This document shows, in pieces, positions 18,606-29,064 of a stretch of DNA of 64,000 nt (position 1 is its first letter; the number at the start of each line of letters is the position of its first letter). The notes beneath the pieces are model-generated. The model was not told the DNA's origin and ran no database searches. It saw only the letters and a program-made list of their open reading frames with translations. The stretch comes from an uncultured Solirubrobacteraceae bacterium (GTDB taxonomy: Bacteria; Actinomycetota; Thermoleophilia; Solirubrobacterales; Solirubrobacteraceae). The stretch spans positions 2,047,531-2,111,530 of the forward strand of contig CAWCFO010000002.1 in NCBI GenBank assembly GCA_963794905.1. The letters run 5' to 3'. The translations under genes and the position numbers were made by a program.

Positions 18606-19883
18606 TTGGGCGTGGCGCGTGGAAATGATGCGGGCACCCGCGGTGGCCGTCGCGAGGACGAACGCCGGATCGGCAGGGCGCTGCTGCGGCACGGTCGGCT
18701 CGCGCTGGTTCCGGCGCTGGTCGCCTCGCTCGCGCTGAGCTGCTCCTCGGCTGCCAAGACCGGCGGCCCCGCCGTAGCCGGCACGGGGGCCGCCCATCCG
18801 CCGGCGGTCCTCAGCAGCGCGGCCGGCGTTCACCACTACGAGTACGTCTTCCCCGATGGGTCGATGTACGTCTACGACATGGATGCTCACCAACGATTGG
18901 TGGCGCATGTCGCGCTGCCGATGGCGCAGGGCATCCGCGGCGTCGTGGCCAGCCCCGCCACGCACACGCTGTACATCAGCTACGGGGGCGATGGAGGGGG
19001 CAACGGGAGCGGGTCGCTGCTGGCCTACGACCTCGTGGCCGGACGGGTGCTGTGGACCCGCGCCCTGAGCTCTGGCATCGACAGCATGGCGATCAGCCCC
19101 GATGGCAGCCGCATCTACATGCCCAGCGGCGAGTTGGACGCGAGCGGCGTGTGGAGCGTGCTCGACGCGCGCGACGGCAGCGTGATCTCGACGATCCACG
19201 CCGGAGCCGGCGCGCATAACACGGTCATGAGCCTCGACGGACGCGACGTCTACCTGGGCGGCCGCGAACACAACTACCTGGAGGTGGCCGATACGGCGAG
19301 CGGTCGTGTGATCAAGAACATCGGCCCGCTGCGCAGCGGCGTCAGGCCGTTCACGATCAACGGCCGCCAGACGCTCGCGTACACGACGGCGACGGGCTTC
19401 CTCGGCTTTCAGGTGAGCAGCATCACGTCCGGCAAGGTCCTCTACACCCAGGCTTTCCCGGGCTTTGGCTGGAACCCTTCGAGCTTCGCTCCGAGCGCGC
19501 CGAGCCACGGGATCTCGCTCTCGCCGGACGAGCGCAGCGTGTGGGTGATCGACGCGCCGAACAGCTACGTGCACGTCTTCGGTGTCGCCCAGGTGCCGCG
19601 GCGCGCCCCGCGCCTGCTGGCGAACATTCGCCTCTCGCAGCCGATGAGCGGCGACGAGGCGCCGTGCGCCTATGACTGCACGCGCGACGGGTGGATACAG
19701 CACAGTCGCGACGGGCGTTTCGTCTACGTCGGGGACTCCGGCGACGTGTTCGACGCCCATACGTTTCGTCGCGTTGCGTACCTCCCGACGCTGCGCAACA
19801 CGCGCAAGATGCTGGAGATCGACTGGCGCGGCGGCGTGCCGGTGGCCACCACCTCACGCCAGGGCGTCGGCTACGTCCACTAG
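18606..19883 (+). CDS. Secreted/lipoprotein YncE-like beta-propeller protein
   Basis: Hydrophobic leader ending LALSC; repeated ISPDG/HNT/SHGISLSPD blades; start uncertain. Confidence 0.75.
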   Translation: MGVARGNDAGTRGGRREDERRIGRALLRHGRLALVPALVASLALSCSSAAKTGGPAVAGTGAAHPPAVLSSAAGVHHYEYVFPDGSMYVYDMDAHQRLVAHVALPMAQGIRGVVASPATHTLYISYGGDGGGNGSGSLLAYDLVAGRVLWTRALSSGIDSMAISPDGSRIYMPSGELDASGVWSVLDARDGSVISTIHAGAGAHNTVMSLDGRDVYLGGREHNYLEVADTASGRVIKNIGPLRSGVRPFTINGRQTLAYTTATGFLGFQVSSITSGKVLYTQAFPGFGWNPSSFAPSAPSHGISLSPDERSVWVIDAPNSYVHVFGVAQVPRRAPRLLANIRLSQPMSGDEAPCAYDCTRDGWIQHSRDGRFVYVGDSGDVFDAHTFRRVAYLPTLRNTRKMLEIDWRGGVPVATTSRQGVGYVH

Positions 19884-19970
19884 CGCGAGCGTAGGCTCGC
19901 GCGGCGACTGCGAGGCTCGACGGCCGGCACCGGCGTTACTCGGTTGCCCCCGCCGGCCGCCCGATCGGCG

Positions 19971-22900
19971 CTAGCCGAGCGTGTACGTCGCGTACAGCGA
20001 GGTCTGCTCGGCGTCGGTGGTGAAGGAGCCGAACGGGTTGGTCGGCCCTGAGCTGAACGTGTTGGTGTTGTAGTCGCGAGAGCCGGCGACGCTGTCGTAG
20101 CGGAAGCCCGCAACGCTGTTGGTCACCCCGGAGATCACGCCGATCCAGTAGTTGCCCGCGGCGAGTTTCACCGGCGCCGAGAACACGAGGTCAAACCACC
20201 CGGGCGAGCTCGTGCTCACGAACGTCAGCTGCTGGGTCACGCCGAGCAGCGCGGCGGGCGACCCGGCGTTGTCCGCGTAGACGAGACCCTCGAGAACCTG
20301 CTGGCCGGTCGCGTGCGCTTCGAGGTAGACGCTCAGCTTGCTGACCGTCGCGGCGCTGGGCAGCGCATAGCGGTTGACGCGCTTGCGTTCGAACCCGAAG
20401 TAGTCCTTCAGAGCGCCGACCGACGTCTTGCCGAATGTCTGCGACGACGGCGCGGTCACCGCGGTGGTCGCGCTCGACGTGGCCGGCGCGCCGGACCCGC
20501 CGGCGTTGCTGGCCGTCTCCTGAACTCTGATCGTATGACCGACATCGCCGGCGACCGGGACGTAGGTCTGAGCCGTCGCGCCGGAGATCGGCAGGCAGCC
20601 GTTACCCGAGCCGTCGCACTGTTGCCACTGGTAGGCGAAGCCGGTCGGGCCGTTCGTCCACGAGCCGTGGCTCTCGGTGAGCGTCTGACCTTGCACCGGG
20701 GCGGTCGGGCTGATCGTCGGCGGGGAGGTGTTGCCCGGAGCTTCCGCGGCGACCACGCCCGTCGCGCTCGACGCAGCCGCGCTGCCAGCCCCGCCTTCGT
20801 TGCTCGCCGTCTCCTGCACGCGGATCGTGTGCCCGACGTCTGCTGCGACGAGCGCATAGGTCTGCGCGGTCGCCCCGGAGATCGCCACGCAGTTGGCTCC
20901 GGTCGCGTCACAGCGCTGCCATTGGTAGGCATAGCTCGTCGGATTGCCGGTCCAGGCGCCGTGGGACTCGGTCAGCGTTTTGCCCTGTTGGGCGGTGCCG
21001 GCGATCGTCGGCGGGGTGGTGTTCGTGGGGGCGAGCGGGAGGACCGCCGCCGTGGCGCTGGAGCTGGCAGGGGAGCTGGCGCCGCCGGCGTTGCTGGCCG
21101 TCTCCTGCACCCTGATCGTGTGCCCGACGTCTGCTGCCACGAGCACGTAGGTCTGTACGGTGGCTCCCGCGATCGCCACGCAGTTGGCTCCGGTCGCGTC
21201 ACAGCGTTGCCACTGGTAGGCGTAGCTCGTCGGGCTGCCAGTCCAGGCGCCGTGGGCCTCGGTCAGCGTTTTGCCCTGTTGGGCGGTGCCGGCGATCGTC
21301 GGCGGGGTGGTGTTCGTGGGGGAAGGCCCTGCGATTTCGCTCGTCGCAGCCGACCGCGCCGCCGTCCCTGAACCACCGCCGTTGCTGGCCGTCTCCTGGA
21401 CTCTGATCGTGTGCCCGACGTCCGCTTCGACGAGCACGTAGGACTGCGTCACCGCGCCCGAGATCGGCGAGCAGTTGGCGCCGGTGGAGTCGCAGCGCAG
21501 CCAGAGGTAGGTGTAGCCCGTCGGGCTGTTCGTCCAGGCGCCGTGCGCCTCGGTCAGCGTTTTGCCCTGCTGGGCGGTGCCGGAGATCGTCGGCGGGGTG
21601 GTGTTCACCGGGGCTTCGGGCCGAACTTCTCCTGTCGCGGCCGAGCTGGACGGCGAGCCGGCGCCGCCGGCGTTGCTGGCGGTCTCCTGCACGCGGATCG
21701 TGTGCCCGACATCGGCCGCGACGGGCACGTAGGTCTGAGACGTCGCGCCGGATACAGCGATGCAGTTGGCGCCTTTGGAGTCGCATTGCTGCCACTGGTA
21801 GCTGTAGCTCGTCGGTTCGTTTTCCCACGATCCGTGGGCCTCGGTCAGCGTCTTGCCCTGCTGGGCGGTGCCGCCGATCGTCGGCGGGGCGGTGTTCACG
21901 GGCGCGGGCGGAAGCGACACCGCCGCCGTGGGGACAGAGCTCGCCGCAGAGCCGGCGCCGCCGGCGTTGCTGGCCGTCTCCTGGACCCTGATCGCGTGTC
22001 CGACGTCGGCCGCGACAGGCGCGTAGGTCTGAGACGTCGCGCCGGGGATTGGAGCACAGTTTGCGCCGGTCGAGTCACAGCGCAGCCACTGGTAGGAATA
22101 GCTCGTCGGGCTGTTCGTCCACGATCCGTGGGCCTCCGTCAGCGTCTTGCCCTGCTGCGCGGTGCCGCCGATGGTCGGCGGCGAAGTGTTCGACGGCGCT
22201 TCCACGAGGACTTCGGCTGTCGGCGTCGAGCTGGACGGGGCGCTTTCGCCGCCGGCGTTGCTTGCCGTCTCCTGGACTCTGATCGTGTGGCCCACGTCGG
22301 CCGCGACGAGTACGTACGTCTGCGCGGTCGCCCCGGAGATCGCCGAGCAGTTGGCGCCGGCTGAGTCGCAGCGCAGCCAGAGATAGGTGTAGCCCGTTGG
22401 GTTGTTCGTCCAGGTGGCGTGGGCCTCGGTCAACGTCTTGCCCTGCTGGGCGACGCCGCTGATTGTCGGTGACGCGGTGTTCGACGGCGCTTCTACGAGC
22501 ACTTCCGCCGTGGGCGTGGAGCTTGCCGGAGCGCTCGTCCCGCCGGCGTTGCTGGCCGTCTCCTGCACCTCGATCGTGTGCCCAACGTCACCCGCGACCA
22601 GCGCGTACGTCTGCGCAGTTGCGCCGGAGATGGCCGAGCAGTTTGCGCCGGCCGAGTCACAGCGCAGCCACTGGTAGGCGAAGCTCGTCGGTTCGTTTTC
22701 CCACGATCCGTGCGCCTCGGTCAGCGTCCTGCCCTGCTGGGCCGTGCCGCCGATCGTCGGCGGTGCGGTGTTCACCGGCGCGAGCGGGAGCACGACGGCC
22801 GTGGGCCCAGAGCTGGACGGCGCGCTTTCGCCGCCGAGGTTGCTGGCCGTCTCCTGCACCGTGATCGTGTGCCCGACGTCGGCAGCGACGGGCACGTAGG

Positions 22901-25900
22901 TCTGCGAGGTCGCGCCGGAGATCGCCGAGCAGTTGGCGCCTTTGGAGTCGCATTGCTGCCACTGGTAGCCGTAGCTGGTCGGTTCGTTTTCCCACGATCC
23001 GTGGCCCTCGGTCAGCGTGCTCCCCTGCTGGGCCGTGCCGCCGATCGTCGGCGGGGAGGTGTTCACGGGCGCTTCCTGCACGAGCGCGATCAGCACCAGG
23101 CCCGTGGGGCTCGAGGTGGCCGGGGCGCTTGCCCCGCCGGAGTTGCTGGCGATCTCCTGCACCTCGATCGTGTGGCCCACGTCGGAGGCGGTCAGTTTGT
23201 AGGTCTGGCTCGTGGCCCCGGAGATCGGCAGGCAGGTGGTGGCGATCGCGTCGCATTGCAGCCACTGGTAGCTGTAGCTCGTCGGTTCGTTTTCCCACGA
23301 TCCGTGCGCCTCGGTCAGCGTTTTGCCCTGCTGCGCCGTGCCGCCGATCGTCGGTGGGGCTGTGTTCGTCGGCGGCGGTGGCGGGGTGACGACGCCGGTT
23401 GGCGCCGAGCTGGCAGGAGCGCTCGTCCCGCCGGCGTTGCTGGCCGTCTCCTGCACCGTGATCGTGTGCCCGACGTCGGCCGCGACCAGCACGTATGTCT
23501 GTGAGGTCGCGCCGGAGATCGCCGAGCAGTTGGCGCCGTTGGTGTCGCAGCGCTGCCACTGATAGGCGTAGCTCGTCGGGCTGTTCGACCACGAGCCGTG
23601 CGCCTCGGTCAGCGTCTTGCCTTCCTGGGCAGTGCCGCTGATCGTCGGCGGTTCGGCGACGGTCGGCGGTTCGGGCAGGACTTCGCCCGTCGGGGATGAG
23701 TTGGCCGCGGCGCTTTCGCCGCCGGCGTTGCTCGCCTTCTCCTGGACCCTGATCGTGTGCCCGACGTCGGCTGCGACGAGCACGTACGTCTGCGAGGCGG
23801 CGCCGGCGATCGCCGCGCAGTTGGCGCCGGTCGAGTCACAGCGCAGCCACTGATAGGCATAGCTCGTCGGATTGCCGGTCCACGCACCGTGCGCCTCGGT
23901 CAGCGTTTTGCCCTGTTGTGCGGTGCCGGCGATTGTCGGCGGGGTGGTGTTCGTGGGCGCTGGGGGCGGGGCCACGATGGTCGTCGGCGCTGAGCTTGCC
24001 GGCGCGCTTGCTCCGCCTGAGTTGGTGGCCGTCTCCTGGACCCTGATGGTGCGCCCGACGTCTGCTTCGACGAGCACGTAGGTCTGCGCGGTGGCTCCTG
24101 AGATCGCCACGCAGTTGGCGCCTGTGGAGTCACAGCGCAGCCACTGATAGGCGTAGCTCGTCGGGCTGTTCGACCACGAGCCGTGCGCCTCGGTCAGCGT
24201 TTTGCCTTGCTTGGCGGTGCCGCTGATGGTTGGCAGGGCCGTGTTGGACGGGGCTTCGGGCAGGACTTCGGCGGTCTGCGAGGAGTTGGCCGCAGCGCTT
24301 TCGCCGCCGGCGTTCGCCGCCTTCTCCTGAACTCTGATCGTGCGTCCCACGTCGGCCGCGACGAGCGCATAGGTCTGCGCGGTGGCTCCCGCGATCGCCA
24401 CGCAGTTGGCGCCGGTCGAGTCACAGCGCTGCCACTGATGGGCGTAGCTGGTCGGGCTGTTCGTCCAGATGCCGTGGGCCTCGGTGAGCGTCTTGCCCTG
24501 CTGCGCCGTGCCGGCGATCGTCGGCGGCGAGGTGTTCGACGGCGCTTCGGGGAGCACTTCGGCGGTCGGCGCGGAGCTCGCGGGTGCGCTCGCCCCGCCT
24601 TCGTTGCTGGCCGTCTCCTGCACCCTGATCGTGTGCCCGACGTCTGCTGCCACGAGCACGTAGGTCTGTGCGGTCGCCCCGGAGATCGCCACGCAGTTGG
24701 CTCCGGTCGCGTCACAGCGCTGCCATTGATAGGCGTAGCTCGTTGGGCCGCCAGTCCAGGCGCCGTGGGACTCGGTCAAAGTCTTGCCCTGTTGGGCGGT
24801 GCCGGCGATCGTCGGGGGCGCGGTGTTCGTGGGCGCTGGGGGCGGGGCGACCACGCCCGTCGCGCTCGACGCAGCCGCGCTGCCAGCCCCGCCTTCGTTG
24901 CTCGCCGTCTCCTGCACGCGGATCGTGTGCCCGACGTCTGCTGCGACGAGCGCATAGGTCTGCGCGGTCGCCCCGGAGATCGCCACGCAGTTGGCGCCGG
25001 TCGCGTCACAGCGCTGCCATTGGTAGGCATAGCTCGTCGGATTGCCGGTCCACGCGCCGTGGGACTCGGTCAGCGTTTTGCCCTGTTGGGCGGTGCCGGC
25101 GATCGTCGGCGGGGTGGTGTTCGTGGGGGCGAGCGGGAGGACCGCCGCCGTGGCGCTGGAGCTGGCAGGGGAGCTGGCGCCGCCGGCGTTGCTGGCCGTC
25201 TCCTGCACCCTGATCGTGTGCCCGACGTCTGCTGCCACGAGCACGTAGGTCTGTACGGTGGCTCCCGCGATCGCCACGCAGTTGGCTCCGGTCGCGTCAC
25301 AGCGTTGCCACTGGTAGGCATAGCTCGTCGGTTCGTGTTCCCAGGTGCCGTGCGTCTCGGTCAGCGTCTGGCCTTCCCGCGCCGTGCCGGCGATCGTCGG
25401 AGCAGTCTTGTTGACGGGGGCGAGCGGAAGCACGGTGGCCGTTGCGCTCGAGCTCGCGGCGGGTCCGGGGCCGCCCGAGTTGCTGGCCGTCTCCTGCACG
25501 CGGATCGTGTGCCCGACATCTGCTGTGACCAGCGTGTAGGTCTGTGCGGTCGCCCCGGAGATCGCCACGCAGTTGGCGCCTGTGGAGTCACAGCGTTGCC
25601 ACTGATAGGCGTAGCTCGTGGGGCTGTTCGTCCACGTTCCGTGAGCCTCGGTCAGCGTCTGGCCTTCCTTGGCGGCGCCGCTGATCGTCGGCGGCGCGGT
25701 GTTGGTGGGCGTCGTCGTGTACGTCGCGTACAGCGAGGTCTGCTCGCCGTCGGTCGTGACCGCGCCGAATGGGTCGCTGGGGCCGGAGGCGTAGCTGTTG
25801 GCGTTGTAGTCGCGCGAGCTTGCGACGGTGTCGTACCGGAAGCCCGCCACGCCGGCGGTTGCGCCGGAGATCACGCCGATCCAGTAGTTGCCCGCGGCGA

Positions 25901-27803
25901 GTTTCACCGGCGAGGCGAAGGTCAGGTCGTACCAGCCGGCGGAGCTCGTGCTCGTGAACGTCAGCTGCTGGGACGCGCCGAGCAGGGCGGAGGGCGCCCC
26001 GCCATTGTCTGAGTAGACCACGCCCTTGAGGACCTGCTGTCCCGAGGTGCCGTGCGGTTCCAAGTAGACGCTGAGCTTCGTGACGGCGCCGGCGCCGGCC
26101 AGCGCGTAGCGGTTGACCCGCTTGCGTTCCGTGCCGAAGTAATCGCTGGAGGCGCCGACGCTGGTCTTGCCGAACGTCGGGGCTTCGCAGCCCGGCAGCG
26201 CCTTGCAGACGTTCAGGCGCCCGCCGGTGATCACCTTGCCGGCGAGCGAGGGAAGTTTGTCGACGTTTTCGAGGATGTCGGCCTTGAGCGCGGTGGCCGA
26301 CAGCGACGGCGCGGCCGAGAGGATCAGCGCCGCGGCGCCGGCGACCTGCGGCGAGGCCATCGAGCCGCCGCTCAGGTAGCCGTATTTGCCTTCGCGAAAG
26401 GTCGAGTAGATGCTGACGCCGGGGGCTGCGAGATCGACGGTGTGCGGTCCGGTGTTCGCCCAGCTCGGCAGCGCGTCCTTGTTGTTGCTCGCCGTTACGC
26501 AGATCTCGTTAGGTCGGTCATAGCTGCACGGATAGCGCTGGACCGCGACTTCGTCGTTGTTGTTGCCGGTGTTGCCGGCGGCGGTGACGAACAGGATGTT
26601 GTTCGCCCCGAGCGTGTCGATCTCGTTGGACAGCGCCTGCGATTTGGCGGTCCCGAAGAAAGTGTCCGAATCGTTGACCACGCGCACGTTCACGCCCGCC
26701 TGATTGGCGGCGACGAGCCACTGAAGCGCTTCGATCAGTTCGGCGGTCCCACCGCTGCTGGCGTTGTTCATCCACTTGACCGGCAGAATCGACGTCTGCC
26801 AGTTCATGCCGACGACGCCTGTCCCGTTGTTGCCGACGGCGCCCATGATTCCCGCGACGTGGGTTCCGTGCCCCCCGTACGTGGTGTCCTGGTCGAGCGG
26901 GTTGCAGCTTTTCGCCAAGACGTTGTAGCCATGCGTGCCCGCGGCGCAACCGCCGACGCCTCCGGGGTTGGACCAGACGTTCGCCGCGAGGTCCGGGTGG
27001 GTGTAGTCGACTCCGGTATCCGCCTCGCCGATCACGATCGAGCGGCTGCCCGTCGTCTGCTGCCAGGCTCGGGCGGCTCGATCGTCGGCACCCGCGGTGC
27101 CTTTTTCGGGCGAGCCGAGCACCTCTTCGGAGTTCTGGGTCGGTATCGCCTGTCCGCTGTTTTCATCGCCCCACTGAAGCGAGAAGGAGGGGTCGTTCGG
27201 CGTGGCGCTCCCGCGCTGGACGTAGTCCGGCTCGGCGTACGCGACGACCGGATAGCGCCTCAAGCGAGCGACCGCGGCAAGCTCCCGGGCTTCGGGCACG
27301 CGCAGCTCGAGCGGTTCGAGATACGCCGAGCCGGTCGCGCTGCCGTGGCCGACCGGCTTGATCGCAGGCCCCAGCCGCCGCGCGCTCAAGCCGCCGGCCG
27401 CATGCTCGATCGCCCGGCGCGTGCGCTCGGGGACGCCTGACTGGAAAGCCAGCAGCACGGACCCGGTCAGGTAGGGACCTTCGGGCGATTCGCGGCTCTT
27501 ACGCCCGGCGACCTCGATCGACCGACCGGGCGCGTGGCTGGCCGGCGGCGCGCCGAGCGGTGTCTGCAAGCTCGCGAGGACGTCGCTGTCCACCGACGCG
27601 TTCAATCGCCCGACCGGGTGGCGGGGGCTTGACGACAAGCCCAAGACGACTGCGACGAGCGTGGCGCACGAGACGGCGAGGGCGAGGGCGAGAACGATCA
27701 CGCCCGCGCGACGCGGGCGTAGCGGGCCTCTTGGTCCTGATCTGCTTCCGTGCGCGGACATGCTTCTCGTCTCCTGCTCCTGCTGGTTCATCCCCCGCTT
27801 CAA
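19971..27803 (-). CDS. Giant secreted S8 (subtilisin-like) serine peptidase with 18 Ig-like repeats between two copies of an uncharacterised ~150-aa domain
   Basis: Propeptide YAEPDY, catalytic Asp (EADTG), His (HGTHVAG), oxyanion AAGN, Ser (GGSMASP); N-terminal TM/signal. Start may be a later Met. Confidence 0.9.
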   Translation of the reverse strand: MKRGMNQQEQETRSMSAHGSRSGPRGPLRPRRAGVIVLALALAVSCATLVAVVLGLSSSPRHPVGRLNASVDSDVLASLQTPLGAPPASHAPGRSIEVAGRKSRESPEGPYLTGSVLLAFQSGVPERTRRAIEHAAGGLSARRLGPAIKPVGHGSATGSAYLEPLELRVPEARELAAVARLRRYPVVAYAEPDYVQRGSATPNDPSFSLQWGDENSGQAIPTQNSEEVLGSPEKGTAGADDRAARAWQQTTGSRSIVIGEADTGVDYTHPDLAANVWSNPGGVGGCAAGTHGYNVLAKSCNPLDQDTTYGGHGTHVAGIMGAVGNNGTGVVGMNWQTSILPVKWMNNASSGGTAELIEALQWLVAANQAGVNVRVVNDSDTFFGTAKSQALSNEIDTLGANNILFVTAAGNTGNNNDEVAVQRYPCSYDRPNEICVTASNNKDALPSWANTGPHTVDLAAPGVSIYSTFREGKYGYLSGGSMASPQVAGAAALILSAAPSLSATALKADILENVDKLPSLAGKVITGGRLNVCKALPGCEAPTFGKTSVGASSDYFGTERKRVNRYALAGAGAVTKLSVYLEPHGTSGQQVLKGVVYSDNGGAPSALLGASQQLTFTSTSSAGWYDLTFASPVKLAAGNYWIGVISGATAGVAGFRYDTVASSRDYNANSYASGPSDPFGAVTTDGEQTSLYATYTTTPTNTAPPTISGAAKEGQTLTEAHGTWTNSPTSYAYQWQRCDSTGANCVAISGATAQTYTLVTADVGHTIRVQETASNSGGPGPAASSSATATVLPLAPVNKTAPTIAGTAREGQTLTETHGTWEHEPTSYAYQWQRCDATGANCVAIAGATVQTYVLVAADVGHTIRVQETASNAGGASSPASSSATAAVLPLAPTNTTPPTIAGTAQQGKTLTESHGAWTGNPTSYAYQWQRCDATGANCVAISGATAQTYALVAADVGHTIRVQETASNEGGAGSAAASSATGVVAPPPAPTNTAPPTIAGTAQQGKTLTESHGAWTGGPTSYAYQWQRCDATGANCVAISGATAQTYVLVAADVGHTIRVQETASNEGGASAPASSAPTAEVLPEAPSNTSPPTIAGTAQQGKTLTEAHGIWTNSPTSYAHQWQRCDSTGANCVAIAGATAQTYALVAADVGRTIRVQEKAANAGGESAAANSSQTAEVLPEAPSNTALPTISGTAKQGKTLTEAHGSWSNSPTSYAYQWLRCDSTGANCVAISGATAQTYVLVEADVGRTIRVQETATNSGGASAPASSAPTTIVAPPPAPTNTTPPTIAGTAQQGKTLTEAHGAWTGNPTSYAYQWLRCDSTGANCAAIAGAASQTYVLVAADVGHTIRVQEKASNAGGESAAANSSPTGEVLPEPPTVAEPPTISGTAQEGKTLTEAHGSWSNSPTSYAYQWQRCDTNGANCSAISGATSQTYVLVAADVGHTITVQETASNAGGTSAPASSAPTGVVTPPPPPTNTAPPTIGGTAQQGKTLTEAHGSWENEPTSYSYQWLQCDAIATTCLPISGATSQTYKLTASDVGHTIEVQEIASNSGGASAPATSSPTGLVLIALVQEAPVNTSPPTIGGTAQQGSTLTEGHGSWENEPTSYGYQWQQCDSKGANCSAISGATSQTYVPVAADVGHTITVQETASNLGGESAPSSSGPTAVVLPLAPVNTAPPTIGGTAQQGRTLTEAHGSWENEPTSFAYQWLRCDSAGANCSAISGATAQTYALVAGDVGHTIEVQETASNAGGTSAPASSTPTAEVLVEAPSNTASPTISGVAQQGKTLTEAHATWTNNPTGYTYLWLRCDSAGANCSAISGATAQTYVLVAADVGHTIRVQETASNAGGESAPSSSTPTAEVLVEAPSNTSPPTIGGTAQQGKTLTEAHGSWTNSPTSYSYQWLRCDSTGANCAPIPGATSQTYAPVAADVGHAIRVQETASNAGGAGSAASSVPTAAVSLPPAPVNTAPPTIGGTAQQGKTLTEAHGSWENEPTSYSYQWQQCDSKGANCIAVSGATSQTYVPVAADVGHTIRVQETASNAGGAGSPSSSAATGEVRPEAPVNTTPPTISGTAQQGKTLTEAHGAWTNSPTGYTYLWLRCDSTGANCSPISGAVTQSYVLVEADVGHTIRVQETASNGGGSGTAARSAATSEIAGPSPTNTTPPTIAGTAQQGKTLTEAHGAWTGSPTSYAYQWQRCDATGANCVAIAGATVQTYVLVAADVGHTIRVQETASNAGGASSPASSSATAAVLPLAPTNTTPPTIAGTAQQGKTLTESHGAWTGNPTSYAYQWQRCDATGANCVAISGATAQTYALVAADVGHTIRVQETASNEGGAGSAAASSATGVVAAEAPGNTSPPTISPTAPVQGQTLTESHGSWTNGPTGFAYQWQQCDGSGNGCLPISGATAQTYVPVAGDVGHTIRVQETASNAGGSGAPATSSATTAVTAPSSQTFGKTSVGALKDYFGFERKRVNRYALPSAATVSKLSVYLEAHATGQQVLEGLVYADNAGSPAALLGVTQQLTFVSTSSPGWFDLVFSAPVKLAAGNYWIGVISGVTNSVAGFRYDSVAGSRDYNTNTFSSGPTNPFGSFTTDAEQTSLYATYTLG
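20450..25710 (-). repeat. 18 tandem ~97-aa (~291-bp) Ig-like repeats inside the S8 gene
   Basis: Counted by eye; consensus PxNTxPPTIxGTAQQGKTLTEAHGxWxxxPTSYAYQWQRCDxxGANCxAIxGATxQTYxLVAADVGHTIRVQETASN. Confidence 0.92.
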
Positions 27804-28182
27804 TCGCGCGACAGCAGATCCTCGCGGCCTCGAAAGTCTAGTGAAAAACAGCTCAAATCTCCACTACCAAGCCACATCTGCGGAACGCTGCGCAACCCCG
27901 GTCGACGCGCGCACGTGATCGCTCCGCTCGCGCCGAGCGCCTGAAGGCGCTCGGCGGCCGCCGAGCGCGGACGCTCAAGCACTCGCCGTTCCCCTCCGAT
28001 AAGAGCTTCTGCGAGGCCGATCGTCGTCGATCGAACGAGCTGATCGCTCCTAGAATGTCCGACCTGGGATGTCGCCAGCCGACCTCAGCGCAGACGATTC
28101 GATCGGGCCCCCTCGCACACCGACAGCCGATGAGCCAGCGACACGACATCCAACCACCCTCCGCCGTCGCCGTGACGGGGAT

Positions 28183-29043
28183 GTGCTCGTGGCTGTGGCG
28201 CGGTCGCCCGTCGAGCAAGGTCAGACGGGCATGGTAGGGGGGGACGAGGGCTCGACGACCGCGCAGTACCTCAGTCAGATCGGGGTGCGCCCGACGCCGA
28301 GGGCGACCTGCCCGTTCGACCCCGGGTATGACCCCGCGACGCTCGAAGGTCACATCCAGCAGAGCGGGCACCTGATGGCGACGCTGAAGATCTCGATGGC
28401 CTGCTGGATGGTGGCCGACGAAGGCGCGACACGACGAAAGATCCGCTCGGCCACGCAGGTCGGCATACCCGCCGTCGCCGGGGGAGGCCCGTTCGAGACG
28501 GCGGTGGCCCAGCGCGCGCTTCCCTCCTACCTCGACCTGTGCGCCGACGTCGGTCTGACGAGGATCGAGTGCGGCGAAGGCTTCACCGAACTGGATCTGA
28601 GCCCCGAGGACATCGTGCGCCAAGCGAGCGCTCGTGGGCTCGAGGTCGAGTTCGAGCTCGGCGAGAAGCACTCCGGGCGCTTCACCGACAAGGAGACCGA
28701 CGAGCTGATCGCGAGGGGAAAGCATTGGCTGCAGGCCGGCGCCGTGCGACTCGTGGTCGAGGCGCGCGAGAGCGCCGAAGACGTCGGCCTGTTCTCCGCT
28801 CCCGGCGAGTTCGACACGCGGCAGGCCGACCGGCTCGCCGAGGCCTTCGGGCTGGATCTGCTGCTGTTCGAGGCGCCGAACAAGATCAGCCAGTTCGCGT
28901 TGATCGATCACTTCGGCCCGGAGGTGCAGCTGGGCAACGTACGGCTGGAGGAGGTGCTGCGAGTCGAGATCTACCGGCGCGGGCTCCACTCAGACGCCTT
29001 CGGCAATGCAAAGCTACGACCGCGGCCTCCGGCTGACGCCTGA
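28183..29043 (+). CDS. comA: Phosphosulfolactate synthase (ComA family), divergent
   Basis: GGGPFE, VVEARES...VGLF, LLFEAP, FGPEVQLGNV, RRGLHSDAF. Start uncertain (GTG 28183 or ATG 28231). Confidence 0.82.
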   Translation: MLVAVARSPVEQGQTGMVGGDEGSTTAQYLSQIGVRPTPRATCPFDPGYDPATLEGHIQQSGHLMATLKISMACWMVADEGATRRKIRSATQVGIPAVAGGGPFETAVAQRALPSYLDLCADVGLTRIECGEGFTELDLSPEDIVRQASARGLEVEFELGEKHSGRFTDKETDELIARGKHWLQAGAVRLVVEARESAEDVGLFSAPGEFDTRQADRLAEAFGLDLLLFEAPNKISQFALIDHFGPEVQLGNVRLEEVLRVEIYRRGLHSDAFGNAKLRPRPPADA

Positions 29044-29064
29044 CGCGGAGACTGGAGGACCCCG

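Noticed and set aside
20450-25710. CRISPR array or other non-coding repeat
   Set aside because: Units are ~291 bp, in frame and protein-coding; there are no spacers and no cas genes.
27989-27998. Possible att copy of the tRNA-Ser 3' end (TTCCCCTCCG)
   Set aside because: Only about 9 bp match, it lies upstream of the tRNA, and chance explains it.
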